A stretch of 64,000 bases of DNA, from the NCBI RefSeq assembly GCF_001194135.2, contig NC_068990.1, forward strand, positions 64,665,468 to 64,729,467, written 5' to 3'. Both the position numbers and the translations under genes were made by a program. This DNA is from Octopus bimaculoides. Taxonomy: Eukaryota. The notes beneath the pieces are model-generated. The model saw only the letters and a list, made by a program, of their open reading frames with translations. It did no database searches and was not told where the DNA came from. Below, piece after piece: positions 14,504 to 26,870 of this stretch. Every line of letters begins with the position of its first letter. Position 1 is the first letter of the stretch.

Positions 14504-15799
14504 AACTTTTTAAAAGGCATCAATTTTCCAAGGGGAGTAATTCATACATCATTGAAAATTAACTTAGAATTATCTCCCTTAGATTTTACTTCGATCAATT
14601 GAATCTGTTGAGACAAACAGGTTGCATTAGGTTATCTAAATGTCTGGGTTCAAACGCGTTTGAATTTACACACGTATGTGTGTGTGTGGGAGCCATAATT
14701 TGGAAGATAGTTATTTCAACTCTGCAGCATTCAGCTTATTCTGTCAAATGTAATGCTCAATTATTCAATCTGTTTTGAGTTAATCGAGTTATCTCGTAAC
14801 TGAAATTTTGATATGATTGTTTATTTTTAGAATGACTGTAGCGTCGGTATGAGAGACCAGATCTAGCTATTTTGAACATAAAACGGGTAGAATATTTAGA
14901 CTTGACATGGCCGGTAAACAGCGAGAATTAGAACGAAGACCATTTAATATGCAGTCCTGAATACGAAACACAACGGCGATTTGCATATTCACGTTTGAAT
15001 ATGACAATGTAATATGATGTATAACATTGTATTTCTAAAAGAATTTGAGAAATAGTATCCAAACATTTACTGTCAAGAGGTGTCAATGCTAGTAGTAGGG
15101 TAGAATTTATCCTCAAATAAATTTTAAGTGGGAGTTCAAGTTTGACTTGATGAATTTAGAAAATAAACTGGCACTCTGTCGGTTACGACGACATAAGTTC
15201 CAGTTGATTCGATCAACGGAACAGCCTGCTAATGAAATTAACGTGCAAGTGGCTGGATACTCCACATATATGCATATCCTTAACATTGTTTCCAGGGAGA
15301 GATAGAATGTGACAAGACAGGTTTGTAGGTGACAGAAAAGAACTATTTTGTCATGGTGGCATAGCCACTTCGTCCAATTAGACCTGGTTGTGGAAAGATA
15401 CATGTAGCAACTTCCCCACAGCAGTATCCGCGCCTTTTTCAAATAGCTAAAGGAGTTGTAGCATTGACGGTCCTAGTAGCAGCATCACCCTTTCTGATCT
15501 GCAACTATTACAGTGTACACTACCAACGCCTTGCAACTCATTTCATTTATGTTTTCATTCTGAAGCATATAAGGCACCCAAATGAAATGTATTGCAAGTC
15601 ATGCGAATTTCTTCATGTCTATCTGCACCATTTGTTTAGCATTCACACACAAGTTTAAAAAATTATTCTTATTGCTTCTTGCGAGTACTTGTTACCCTTC
15701 AAAAATAAATAGTTGCAGGTTCTTTGAAATACAGGTATTACTCATACTTGCCAGTTGAGTGGATTGGAGCAACGTGAAATGGTGTCTCGCTCAAGGACA

Positions 15800-16225
15800 T
15801 TTAGTGAGTATATATGTCTATTCATTGGTTAGTAATGTGATGATCAGATGTGGGCTGTGTAAATGAAGACTAAACACTCACTAAACATAATGATAACAAT
15901 TTTTATTTTGGTGGAGAATCGTGACATGATGTACAAAGGCTGGAGTAATGTTATGGCATTCTGGTACTAGTGATTAAATGTGTGTATTCATTGTTTGATG
16001 GTACCTACTGTGAGAGAGGCATCGCGACATCATGTGCAGGGCGCTGAAATTAAGGAGAGCTAGCACTCCTAGCTGTGAAAAAGAGGAAGTGTCCTGTCAG
16101 TCGGGCTCTTTATATGCCTTTCACGACTTGTGTTTTGCGCATGTGTCGTGGTTGCATGCTGTGTCCCTTCTGGGTTTTTATGTTTAGCCCTGAGACAATC
16201 CAAGCAGGCACGACGGTACGCTACT
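15800..16225 (-). repeat. 3' LTR of the Gypsy element
   Basis: Collinear, diverged copy of 20266-20760; preceded on the minus strand by the weak purine tract AAGGGAATC. Confidence 0.8.
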
Positions 16226-16379
16226 GATTCCCTTGGCAATCTTGAAGTTATGGCAATGACGAGAGACGAAAGAAAATGTGTAACTACAGTGCAAAACATA
16301 CCAGAAGCCTTTAAGGTATAAAATAATAAACCAAAGGAAATGTAATATGTAACAGTACGATAATAAAAACAGGGTACTT

Positions 16380-19300
16380 TGATGTGCCTGAGAACCATCT
16401 CCTGGTATATTTCAGATGTGCCTGAGAACCTTCGCTTTCTGGCAAGGCAAGCAGTTCCTGATTCATTCGGTGGTGTCTCCTCATGTTGGGCCAGACGAAA
16501 CGAGTTGCAATTAGCTGCAAAATGGCAGCAACGCCAAGTTGTGAGATGTTATGTTGCGCCGAAAACACTCGGCGTCTGTGATTTTCGGACACAAATGGAC
16601 GAGGGCAATTGGTGGAGATGTCACAAAGAATCGCAAAGCTGGAAGGTGTTGAAGGTTAAAGGGAGAGAACTCTGGTTTGTTATTTATGTCTTCTATTCGT
16701 GATTGATTTTTAGCCATTGGCATCCAAATTGATCTCAGCAGATGAAAATAAGGAGTTGATAGACAAACGAGATAAAGCATCAGCAGCTATATTCTTTTTT
16801 TTCCCAGGGATGTGCTGGATATCTCTGGTAAATTGAGAAATCAAATCCAGGTAACGTATATCTCGGGCTGAGAATTTGTCGGGCTTGCATTTCAAAGCAA
16901 AGGATAGCGGCTTGTGATCAGTGTAGATCGTAAAATTCCTGCCATACAACATGTGCCGAAAATGTTTGACTGCGAGGTAGATGGCGAGCAGTTTATGACT
17001 GAAAGTATTGTAACGAGTCTGGGATGGTTTGAACCGTTTTGAAAAGAACGCAAGAGGTTTCTATTCGGAACCACATTGTTGGTGTAACACAGAACTAACA
17101 CCAAGGTCCGAAGCGTCTACAGATAGCGAGTGCTTTGCGTCAGGAGCCGGATAGGTCAGCATAGAGACGTGTGATAAACTCTGTTTGATATCCTGAGAGT
17201 CTTTGGTCTAGGTGGGAGTGAATAAGACGGGTTCATTTGCTTTCCTTCTATTCCGCAACATATTTGTAAGAGGTGTCAATATTTGTGAACAGTTAGGAAT
17301 AAACCGTCGGTAAAAAATTATGACGACTAGAAAATGACGGAATTGACGCAGTGAAGTAGGTACAGGAATCTTTTCGACTGCATCCTCATTCCGTTTTGTC
17401 GATAGTGTGTCTCAGGAAGGTAAAGGAGGAAGCTCTGAAAACACATTTCGTAACGTTAATCCGGATATTATGCAGTGACAAACGAGCAAATAGCAAAGAT
17501 GACTTTCATGTTCCGCTTCAGACGAACTAGCAATGAGACCGTCGATGTACGCATACACGAAATGGAGATCACGGTTGACTTCGTCTATGAAGCGCTAGAA
17601 ATAGCTCTCTGCATTACGTAATCCGAATGGCATTGTCAATTACTCGAAATCTCTCCAAAGGGAGTGGTTACGACAAATTTTGGAATGTCGGTTGGGTGGA
17701 TGGGTATTTGGTGATATTCACGGACAACATCTAGCTTCGAAGAAGTGGTACTGCTGTGTAGCGAAGCTGTGAAATCCTGAAAGTTTGAAATGGGATACTG
17801 GTCTGGTACTGCGATGGCATTAAGGCGTCTATAGTCTACGCAGGGTCCCCAGTCTGCAGATGACTTCTTCGAGACCATGAATAATGGAGAAGCCCAGCTA
17901 CTGAAAGAAAGACGTACAATTCCGATCTGTAACATGTGCTCGATTTCCGCTTTTGCGGCCTTAAGTTCTCTGCTGACAAATGTATCGGGTGCGAAAAGAC
18001 AGGAGGGCCCGTGGTCGAAATGTGGTGTTCTACGGAGTGTAAATTATCCTTTCCATAGGACATGGGTTTCGTTAACTCCGGGACTGCAACAATGCGTGAT
18101 ATTTGTTGGAAGCAGTGATGGCAAAGAAAATCGGACTGTCTGGAAAAAAAAAGTCAGCGCCACGTACACTGAGTTACGTCTTACTGTCGATCAGTTGTCT
18201 GTTCTTCAGATCGACCAGCAAGGAAAAATGAGAGAGGAAATCTGCTCTAAGGATCGGGTACGGCTGATCGGCGACTAGAAAAACCCACTGGAAGCATCGT
18301 CTGAGTCGTATATTTAAGGTGACAGAAATTTCGCTATATGTTGTGATAGGTGAATGGTTGACAGCTTGCAAGGTAGTGGCTGGGCTGAAGGAAACGGTTT
18401 TCTATATGTATATGTAAGGGACGACCGTGCGAACTCAAAAAGGAGATATGGTGACGAATGGAAGAAACAGAGGACTCCTTTTATTTAAACGCGTCACACG
18501 GTCGAACACACAAATATATATATCAATGGATGATATATATGATATGTTATACGACGATAACATAGATGACCAGTAATGAAAGACCACAACCGTATTAGAT
18601 GAATAACAGAGATATTTATTATGGCGTTAAAGATGTATGTCTGTGTTAGAGTGTGAATGCGACATATAAGGACATTATCAAAGACAGGCCGTCACACAAA
18701 GAAAAGTGTGTATGTGAGTGATACATGTGTGTATGAGTGTTTACAGCAGATAGAAAGAGAGTCAATAACACGTGAACAATTATACCAGTTCTTNNNNNNN
18801 NNNNNNNNNNNNNNNNNNNNNNNNNNNNNNNNNNNNNNNNNNNNNNNNNNNNNNNNNNNNNNNNNNNNNNNNNNNNNNNNNNNNNNNNNNNNNNNNNNNN
18901 NNNNNNNNNNNNNNNNNNNNNNNNNNNNNNNNNNNNNNNNNNNNNNNNNNNNNNNNNNNNNNNNNNNNNNNNNNNNNNNNNNNNNNNNNNNNNNNNNNNN
19001 NNNNNNNNNNNNNNNNNNNNNNNNNNNNNNNNNNNNNNNNNNNNNNNNNNNNNNNNNNNNNNNNNNNNNNNNNNNNNNNNNNNNNNNNNNNNNNNNNNNN
19101 NNNNNNNNNNNNNNNNNNNNNNNNNNNNNNNNNNNNNNNNNNNNNNNNNNNNNNNNNNNNNNNNNNNNNNNNNNNNNNNNNNNNNNNNNNNNNNNNNNNN
19201 NNNNNNNNNNNNNNNNNNNNNNNNNNNNNNNNNNNNNNNNNNNNNNNNNNNNNNNNNNNNNNNNNNNNNNNNNNNNNNNNNNNNNNNNNNNNNNNNNNNN

Positions 19301-20250
19301 NNNNNNNNNNNNNNNNNNNNNNNNNNNNNNNNNNNNNNNNNNNNNNNNNNNNNNNNNNNNNNNNNNNNNTTTACTCTATCACGTGACCTTATTAGGGGCC
19401 GTGATTGGTCAGTTTGCGTTCTGGCGGGAAAGGTTCGAAGAAGTTGCCGATTCGAATAATAATCAGTCACGTGATGACAAGGAATGGGTTCTCTACTACG
19501 CTCGCATTTATTTATATTTAAATGAGAAGATTGTATGTAATGGCGATAGTAGTTTGTATCTAATGGCGGGAGGTAGTTTCACTACATATATTTAGCTGGC
19601 CAGACACTACAGGTGGCTCTTGAGTCAACCAAGAAGCTTTTTCTGGAAAATTTCGTCTTTAATAAAACTTGCACGACTTGGTGGGGGTGATACCAGAAAC
19701 AGTAGCCGTGCTTACTGCTCCGTTCTGACGTTTCCCTGGATACTATATGAACAAGGTGGTGTGCATTTCCTTGCCTTGGCGCCGAAATTGATATAGTACC
19801 AACATACAGATCCCTGATTGCCAATGTCTGGATAGAGATCTTGAGCAAGATTGGTGTCTTGCACGTGGGACCGTATTCCTTTCTAAACGGAGGTAGCGAA
19901 CTCACGCTACCAGGTCTTCAATTGTTTTTTACCGTGGTGCGTCGAAAATGCTGGAACTAGGATGCTATGGCCGCTACGGTAATAGAAGGAGAAGGAACAG
20001 GTATCGTCAGAATGGCTATCTCCATTATTTTATCGGCTGATGACGCCAATTGTTCAACGGTACTGATATCGCACATGGGTACGAGGATGGCTTGGACGTT
20101 AGTAGGCAGGCGAGAAAAAAACAGTTGTTTGAGAAAACCACTCTGTAATGAATTGTCTTCTGCAAGCTGAAGCATTCTAGGTAATAGCTACGATGGGGAT
20201 CGGTCTCCCAACTGTTCATCGTTAATCAGCTTGTGAAATCTTTTCTCCAA
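16380..20250 (-). pseudogene. Gypsy gag-pol remnant with stops, frameshifts and deletions
   Basis: gag EQLGDRSPS*LL.RMLQL; protease FLVDSRA...ILRADFL; RT WASPL..V.KK...CVDYRRLN...TTPFG...AYIDG; RNase H VDASD and FTIYTDHKPL...NIAADALSR; integrase zinc finger HNIS..FVWPNM..CLPCQKAK. The integrase core is absent. Confidence 0.9.
18413..19586. mobile_element. Nested TG...CA element (solo LTR, or collapsed LTR element) inside the Gypsy protease region
   Basis: Starts TGTAAGGG and ends ACTACA; TATA is duplicated at 18409-18412 and 19587-19590; the host protease sequence resumes on either side; contains gap 18794-19369. Confidence 0.75.
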
Positions 20251-20264
20251 CGTCGGGTTCACCA
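20251..20264 (-). promoter_or_regulatory. Primer binding site, tRNA-Trp-like (TGGTGAACCCGACG)
   Basis: Lies just inside the 5' LTR; 13 of 14 positions match the tRNA-Trp PBS TGGTGACCCCGACG known from avian sarcoma/leukosis viruses. Confidence 0.7.
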
Positions 20265-20265
20265 C

Positions 20266-20760
20266 TTTAGTGAGTATATGTGTGTATTCAGTGTCTGGTT
20301 GGTAATGTGATGATGAGATGCGGGCTGCGTGTAAATGAAGAATAAACACTCTAAATATAACTATGACAATTTTTATTTTGGTAGAGATTCGTGGCAAGAT
20401 GTATAAAGGCTGGGGTAATGTTGGAGTGATGTTATGGCATTCTGGTACTAGTGATTAAATGTGTGTATTAATTGTTTGGTGGTACCTACTGAGAGAGAGG
20501 CATCGCGACACCACGTGTAGGACGCTGAAATTAAGAAGGAGAGCTAGCAGTCCTAACTGTGGGCAGTTGGCAAGTTGACTGCCCAAAGGGAAAAAGAGAA
20601 AGAATCTTGTCAGTTGGGCTCCTTATATGCCTTTCACGACTTCCGTTTTGTTCAAGGGCTGTTGTGTTTTGCGCACGCGTTGTGGCTGCCTGCTGTGTCC
20701 CTTCGGGGCTTTTATGCTTAGCCCTGAGACAATCCAAGCAAGCACAACGGGTACGCTTCA
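20266..20760 (-). repeat. 5' LTR of the Gypsy element
   Basis: Collinear with 15800-16225 and abuts the PBS. Confidence 0.8.
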
Positions 20761-21524
20761 GCCACAACGCGCCACCAGGAATCGAACTCTCGACCTTACG
20801 ACCCTAAGCCAAATACCCTAACCACTAAGCCACGCGTGTCCCGATGACATAGTTAATCTAAGTAGAGATCATTTTCTTTTGGTAAGTTTCTCGGACAGAA
20901 ATAGAAGGCTTTATTTTAAGAAAACGGTGCTAAAGTGGTTATTTACAATTAGGAGTAGAATTATATAAGGAGAAAAGTTTGCATTGCCTTATCACAGAGA
21001 AAAGGATAAATTTCCCCAGAATGAAGTTGAACGTTACTGATCTTAATGACCTAAAGTTGAAAGTGACGGATGGTCAGTTGAACAAGATAATTGCTATGAT
21101 GGTTTTGCATCTGTATATGTGCGTGTGGATCAATACATATATTGACACGTGTGTGTGTGTGGATGGATTGTATGTTTATAGTGCTTTGCGTGTATGAGGA
21201 TATGAGTTTATTCATGTACGCGTATGGATAAAAACCTGGTCCCGAGTGTTGGGGTGGATATGTGTGAAAGTATGTTTATTTTCCCAGGAGTCACGAATCT
21301 GATATAGAAAGAATGGTAAAAAAGACTCTAGTTTATATTGAATGGGTGAGTCAGTGTTTAACGTTAGCGATCTAGCTTCTCCTTTTTTTCTATCTTTTTT
21401 TTCTTTTTCTTTTTTTTTTCTTTTTTTGTTTTTGTAAACGGCAAGAAAACGTGGACTGTGTAACCGGTTTGTTTAGTTTGCATAACGAGTCTAAAACTAT
21501 GCTTATTAAAGCGATATACCTTAC

Positions 21525-21697
21525 ATTTCAAATTTGCCAAAAACAATGTTTAATGCATCATTATTTAATTCATAGACGTCTTCACAGTTATAAAACGTAT
21601 AATTAAAGTTCGTATCATAGTTCAAGGCCCCCACTCCTTTGCACAAATATTTATTTGTTGTTGCTGATGTGGATGTTGTAAATAGTTTGCAGGAAAA
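21525..21697 (-). CDS. Candidate orphan exon, FSCKLFTTSTSATTNKYLCKGVGALNYDTNFNYTFYNCEDVYELNNDALNIVFGKFE
   Basis: Acceptor ccacctacag and donor gtaagg; only one reading frame is open across 173 nt; no recognised homology. Confidence 0.35.
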
Positions 21698-21941
21698 CTG
21701 TAGGTGGAATAATGACTTGTAATAGCTTTGAGAGAAGGAACCATTAATTATTTTCATTTTTGTGTGCGGATGTGGGCTACATTAGCGCTTTTGGTGGATA
21801 TATTTGGGTCAGTGAGAATCGGAAATACATGGAAATGAGAAAGAAAATTAAGAGTTGAAGATCAATATACGTGTGGAAAGAACTATATCTGTTATTTGCG
21901 AAAACTGATCCCTTGCTGCTACATTAAGTACACATGTGTCC

Positions 21942-22013
<72 letters not shown>

Positions 22014-22394
22014 TACATACAGGGATGGATAGATGGCCATTGGTTTCAGCAACGAGTTATCAGCAGTTGTTAGAGCAAATGGATTTCTTGTCCATTGAAT
22101 TAATCTGTAAGTAGCTAAGCATTCTACAAACACATGTACCTCAACGAAATTTTCAGACAAAACCAGCGTTTCTGGTACAATCCACCCGAAGTGCTTCTCT
22201 ACAGTTTCCGTCTACCCCATTTCACTCAATATATGGGTGGACTCGAGGCTGTAGCAGATGATTTGCCCAAGATTCTATGGAATGAGGATGAACAAGGAAA
22301 CGCGTGGTTATGACGTAATTTTCTTAGCCATTCGGCCACATACTCACACGCTCATGCGCACATGCATGCATGTAGATAAGTGGGTGTGTCAAAC

Positions 22395-22705
22395 GTGCGT
22401 GGTTTAGTGGCTAGGGTGATGGGCTCACGATCATAAGGTCATGCGTTCCGTTCTTGGACAGGGCGGTGCATCGTGGCTTTCAGGGCACCTTATTTCACGG
22501 TATTTCACTCAACTCGGCTGAAAATGAGTACCACCTGACTGCTGGAATTATTGAATCTTTCCTCCAGCTGCCACATCCTCGGTGTCCCACTTGGCGACGG
22601 GTGAGAGGGCTGAGAGGATATCTATATCTCCTCGCGAGCCTAAAATAGCAAAAGTGTGGTAAAACCAGATCATTCTCGCTTGTACACAACGGCTAATGTT
22701 TACAC
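22395..22705 (+). mobile_element. Degenerate tRNA-head SINE
   Basis: A-box-like TGGTTTAGTGGCTAGG, a tRNA-like head, and a (CA)n tail. Confidence 0.5.
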
Positions 22706-22737
22706 ACACTCACACACGCGCGTGCACACACACACAC

Positions 22738-22769
<32 letters not shown>

Positions 22770-23039
22770 TGTTTTCTGATAGATAGCCACAGCCTTTAGC
22801 TAAAACAAGTAAAAGTAACACATTAATGCTTTCAAGAGTTAGGAATCTAGGAGACAAACGTAAGCTTCATGTATAGGGAAGGATAACTTCTTAAGCTTAG
22901 TCGAAGCTGCCCCCATATTTTCCTTCAAGCTTCACGTTAGCTTCAGTTAAACTTTAGGGTAGCTATCAGAAGTGGACTGGATTCTTGCGAGGAAAACTCT
23001 ACTTGTGAGTGAATGTTAGGAAGGAGTAGTAAATGGTGA

Positions 23040-23332
23040 AGACCCCGCCCCCTTCGGTCATGAATGACCTAAAAATAGTTATCCTCCAGGGCACAAGTCC
23101 GGGCATGGCTGCTTATGATAGACAAGCAGTTGCCCATGCATACCAGCCTCCCCTCTCCATGACACCGATCTTGCCCAAGGGAAAGGCAGATGCCGATACA
23201 GCTGAATGAACTGGAGCAACGTGAAATGAATTTTTTTGCTCAAGAACACAGCACACGGCCCGGTCTGAGAATCGAACTCCCTACCTCATGATCGTGAACC
23301 CGTTTCTCAAACCACTAAGCCATGCGCCTTCA
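23040..23332 (-). mobile_element. tRNA-head SINE family C; second copy at about 51190-51522
   Basis: Shared CCCTTC.GTCATGAATGACC end, GAACTGGAGCAAC.TGAAAT core and GAATCGAACTC...AACCACT.AG.CATG.GCCTT head. Confidence 0.8.
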
Positions 23333-23599
23333 CTGGAAGGTGTAGTAAGTCATTGATATTTAAAAATGTAAGTTGTGCTCCTTGCATTGTCAGCGATTAT
23401 TGAGATGGGTGGTTTCAATGTTTCAGTAGAATGGTAACTGATCTAGAGGTGGTGGTGGTAATGGTGGTGGTGGTGGTATGTTAAGGTAAAGGTTCTGATG
23501 TATACATTATGTTGATTTTGGGTGTGTATTTGAATGTAAATGGTGGAAGTTTTTTAGTTGAGCATTAAAGAAATGAACGTTCGTTCAGCTGATATTGTA

Positions 23600-24000
23600 A
23601 TTTGTGATGTTGTTAACCCGGTGTAAACGATATTTTCCAATTGGAGAGGATAAACTTGTCTTTATGAAAGTATCTGGTGAGTGTCTCTGTTATGAAATTT
23701 AAATAGTTGTGGTTCCTCCACTCAAACAGAATATGTGTGCTTTCTGCCTTACGAATGCTGCACCCCTTCGATCTGGCCGCATAGTATTTCGATCTTTCGA
23801 GTACCCGCTTTTCGATGTTGTAGGTAATGTTGCTGTAGTCTCTAGATGTGGTTTGCTGGTGTCATGTTAATTCTTTTGTCAATGTCTCTGAATGTCGATC
23901 CTAACTTGATGTTGAGTACCTAATCTAATAGATAAGATTCTGCATTTCTGCCCGTGCAATTTGGTATGATCGTTTGTTGCATCTACAAAACGTAGAATGC
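23600..24000 (-). pseudogene. Penelope-like GIY-YIG endonuclease C-terminal remnant
   Basis: Hand translation YNIEKRVLERSKYYAARSKGCSIRKAESTHILF...LNFITE...HKDKFILSN resembles the PLE W.IL.R...Y....K.C.LC..EK..I....LN.R.E....H..KF.L pattern. Confidence 0.45.
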
Positions 24001-25196
24001 TCTGCTAATAGCAACTGTAGTTGTAGCCCCAACATGAAAACAATCATCTTAAGCCTAATCTCCTTAAACTGTATGTCCCTGGCATCTTAAGCTTAATCTT
24101 TATGTCCCTGGCGTAAGCATGTTTTCAAATGACGTAGTTAAACACCTCTACCGAGGTAGTGAAATTGTCTTCAACCAAAATAAATAAATAAACAAATAGA
24201 TAAATAAAACAAAAATCCTGTATATGTTCTTTAATTTAATGACGAAAAGAACCCTTCGTACAAAACCTACAAATTAGTGGTGGGAGGGGTTGTTTTATTT
24301 TTGCAAATAGCGCCTCAAACAGAAATTTAAGCTGTAGAAAGGTATATGCTCCAATACATACTTGAACACACGCATGAAAACAAACGCCGGCTTGCATTTT
24401 ATATTCGTATTTTCTTAATGGAATTAAGGTTTAATTCACAGACAGATTGTCAATCCTAAACTTAATCATAATCTTCCTTTTGATCGATATGTAGACACTA
24501 AATCCAAACATCGAACGTACCACACAAAAACTAACTTTAGCATTACTTGGGTTTCTTCGAAAATCTCGTTTTGTGTAGTATCAGTGAGTTTTCACATCTT
24601 TCTTTATTTTTCAAAATGTTTCCAAAAGGGACTTATTTTCCAAATAAGAAATAAGTTAATTCGAGCAGAGATAACTTGATTAATCAACTATGCTTACGTC
24701 TTGATAAAATCTCTTAATGAAATAACTGTATCAGTATCAGATAAACAATTCATGTTTTTATGGGGTTTTTTACGCCACGCTTCAAGTTCCATTCATCTTT
24801 AGACACTTTTGAATACTATTGGACTTGAGGATTACCAAACAACAGTGGACTTCCTTTCATCAATGCATTCTGTGAAATGATGATGGATTATTTATGTTAT
24901 GTCTCAAGCTACTGCTATCTAGCGCCTTCGGATGATCTCTACTCAATCGCTACTCTACTGCTACTCAACTGCTACTCAACACCCCTACCACGGCCAGACT
25001 ACCTCTATTTATATGTCTTGGGTGATCCTACTTCTTCGCTTGGGGGCGTCGACACAACAATTTAACTGTCTGATTTGCGTCATTCTATCTCGCCAATAAT
25101 TGTGACGTGCTTCACTTTGATAAGCCTTGATCCTTAATGGTTCCTCTTTAATTAAATCAGTGTGTGTGTAGTGTAGAAGATATCGATCACACATAC

Positions 25197-25283
25197 TTAA
25201 CGTATAAACCAAGTATGTTTGCCGGAATGCTGCGATATGTCGAGGTGGAGACGACTCCCTCAAAGCACCAAGTGTTGAAACAC
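25197..25283 (-). CDS. Candidate symmetric 87-nt exon, CFNTWCFEGVVSTSTYRSIPANILGLYV
   Basis: Acceptor gactttcag and donor gtatgt, phase 2/2; a decayed paralogous copy lies at about 25551-25630. Confidence 0.3.
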
Positions 25284-25849
25284 CTGAAAGTCATAGACAA
25301 GCGAGACAACTCACCCCAAATTCTATTCAGGAGCGATGGACATCAGTGTTTTGCCATTTTTGTGGCTTATCAACATCACGTACACAAACCGAATCGGAGG
25401 GGAATCGTACCACCTATCCACGACTTATATGCACATAGTTTTTTTAAAAAAACTATATGCTAGTATGCCCTTAAAATGCATACGTAAGAATAAATTCAAA
25501 TATGAAGTAGAAGCAGCGCTGGTGTAATAAACATTATCGACCACACATACTTAATGTAAATGGGTCGTGCATTTGCCGGTAGGTTGTGATTTCACGTGGT
25601 GGAAATTACTTCCCCAAAGTGCTAGCTCAAATGAGTCTATTCTCGACGTCGAAGATTCTTTATCAGCCACCTTACAAAGTGGACATCAGAATTTAAACTT
25701 GCGTTATTAGTATATTTAAAGTAATTAAAATTGATTAAAAATTGAATAAAATAAGAGGAAAATAAATTCTTGAACAGTAAAAAATGTGCTATTCATAATT
25801 TTGTTACATACAAGTATGGTTAATAAAACAAAGTATGAGATATTTAATT

Positions 25850-26870
25850 AGGTATGACACTGTGGTTAGAAATTTGTGTCACAATCACGCAGTTTGGGGT
25901 TCACTCCCACTACGTGGCACCTTCGAAAAGTGTCTTCTACTATAACTCCGAACCTACTGAGCTTACTGAGTGGAGTTGGCAGACGGAAACAGAAAGAAGC
26001 CCATCATATGTATGTATATATGTATGTATGTATGTATGTAGGTATGTATGTATGTAGGTATGTATGTACGCATGTATGTACGTATGCATGCACGTTTGTA
26101 TGTATGTACGCATGTATGTACGTGTGCGTGTATATATATATATGTATGTATGTATATATGTATGTATTTATGTATGTATGTATGTATGTATGTATGTACG
26201 AATGTACGTATGTATGCGTGTGTTTGTCTGTGTTTTTGCCTTCCCCCACCCCACCCCGCTTCGCAGCTGGTGTTGGCTTTGTTTACGTCTTCTTAACTTT
26301 ATGGCTCTGCAAAAGAGACCGATACGATAAGTACCAGACTTTAAAAATAATTAATCCTGGGGTCGATTTGTTCGACTAAAGCCCTTCAAGGTAGTGCCCC
26401 AACATGGCCGCAGTCCATTGACTGAAACAAATAAAAGATAAAAGATATGTCTAAACTTTTAATTTTAAAACGGTTTTTCATACCAACCACATGGTCACGG
26501 GTTCATTCCCACTGCGTGGCACCTTGGGCAAGTGCCTTCTACTATAGCCTCGGGCCGACCAAAGCCATGTGAGTGGATTTGGTAGACGGAAACTGAAAGA
26601 GGCCTATCGTATATATGTATATATATATGTATGTGTGTGTGTATATGTTTGTGTGTCTGTGTTTGCCCCCCCCCCCCCCCAACATCGCTTGACAACCGAT
26701 GGTTGTGCGTTTACGTCCCCGTAACTTAACAGTTCGGAAAAAGAGACCGATAGAATAAGTGCTAGGCTTACAAAGAATAAGTCCCGGGGTCGATTTGCTC
26801 GACTAAAAGGCGGTACTCCAGCATGGCCGCAGTCAAATGACTGAAGCAAGTAAAAGAGTAAAAGAGATAT
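25850..26870 (+). mobile_element. Two adjacent SINE family A copies (about 25850-26445 and 26480-26870); the first has an expanded (TATG)n core
   Basis: Family A head, core and tail blocks occur twice in succession. Confidence 0.85.

Larger units (their letters stand above)
15800..20760 (-). mobile_element. Degenerate Ty3/Gypsy LTR retrotransposon
   Basis: Direct repeats at 15800-16225 and 20266-20760, a PBS, and gag-PR-RT-RH-IN remnants in Gypsy order. Flanks GACA/GCCA match at 3 of 4 positions as a TSD. Confidence 0.9.
15150..20840 (-). mobile_element. SINE family D split by the Gypsy element (pieces at about 15150-15330, 15720-15799 and 20761-20840)
   Basis: Left piece ends ...GCTCAAGGACA and right piece resumes (GC)CACAACGCGCC..GGAATCGAACTC. 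Comparable sequence is contiguous in related SINEs at 23210-23330 and 43635-44020. Confidence 0.7.

Noticed and set aside
18646-19595. ORFs over 200 aa here and at 29659, 34370, 35884, 39194, 44785, 57170 and 62403
   Set aside because: Their length comes from runs of N and dinucleotide microsatellites (X, YI, HT, CV repeats). The non-N part of ORF 29863-30717 is counted as the LINE.
20761-20840. tRNA genes here and at other SINE heads
   Set aside because: These are tRNA-derived SINE heads with degenerate A/B boxes; no complete cloverleaf is evident.
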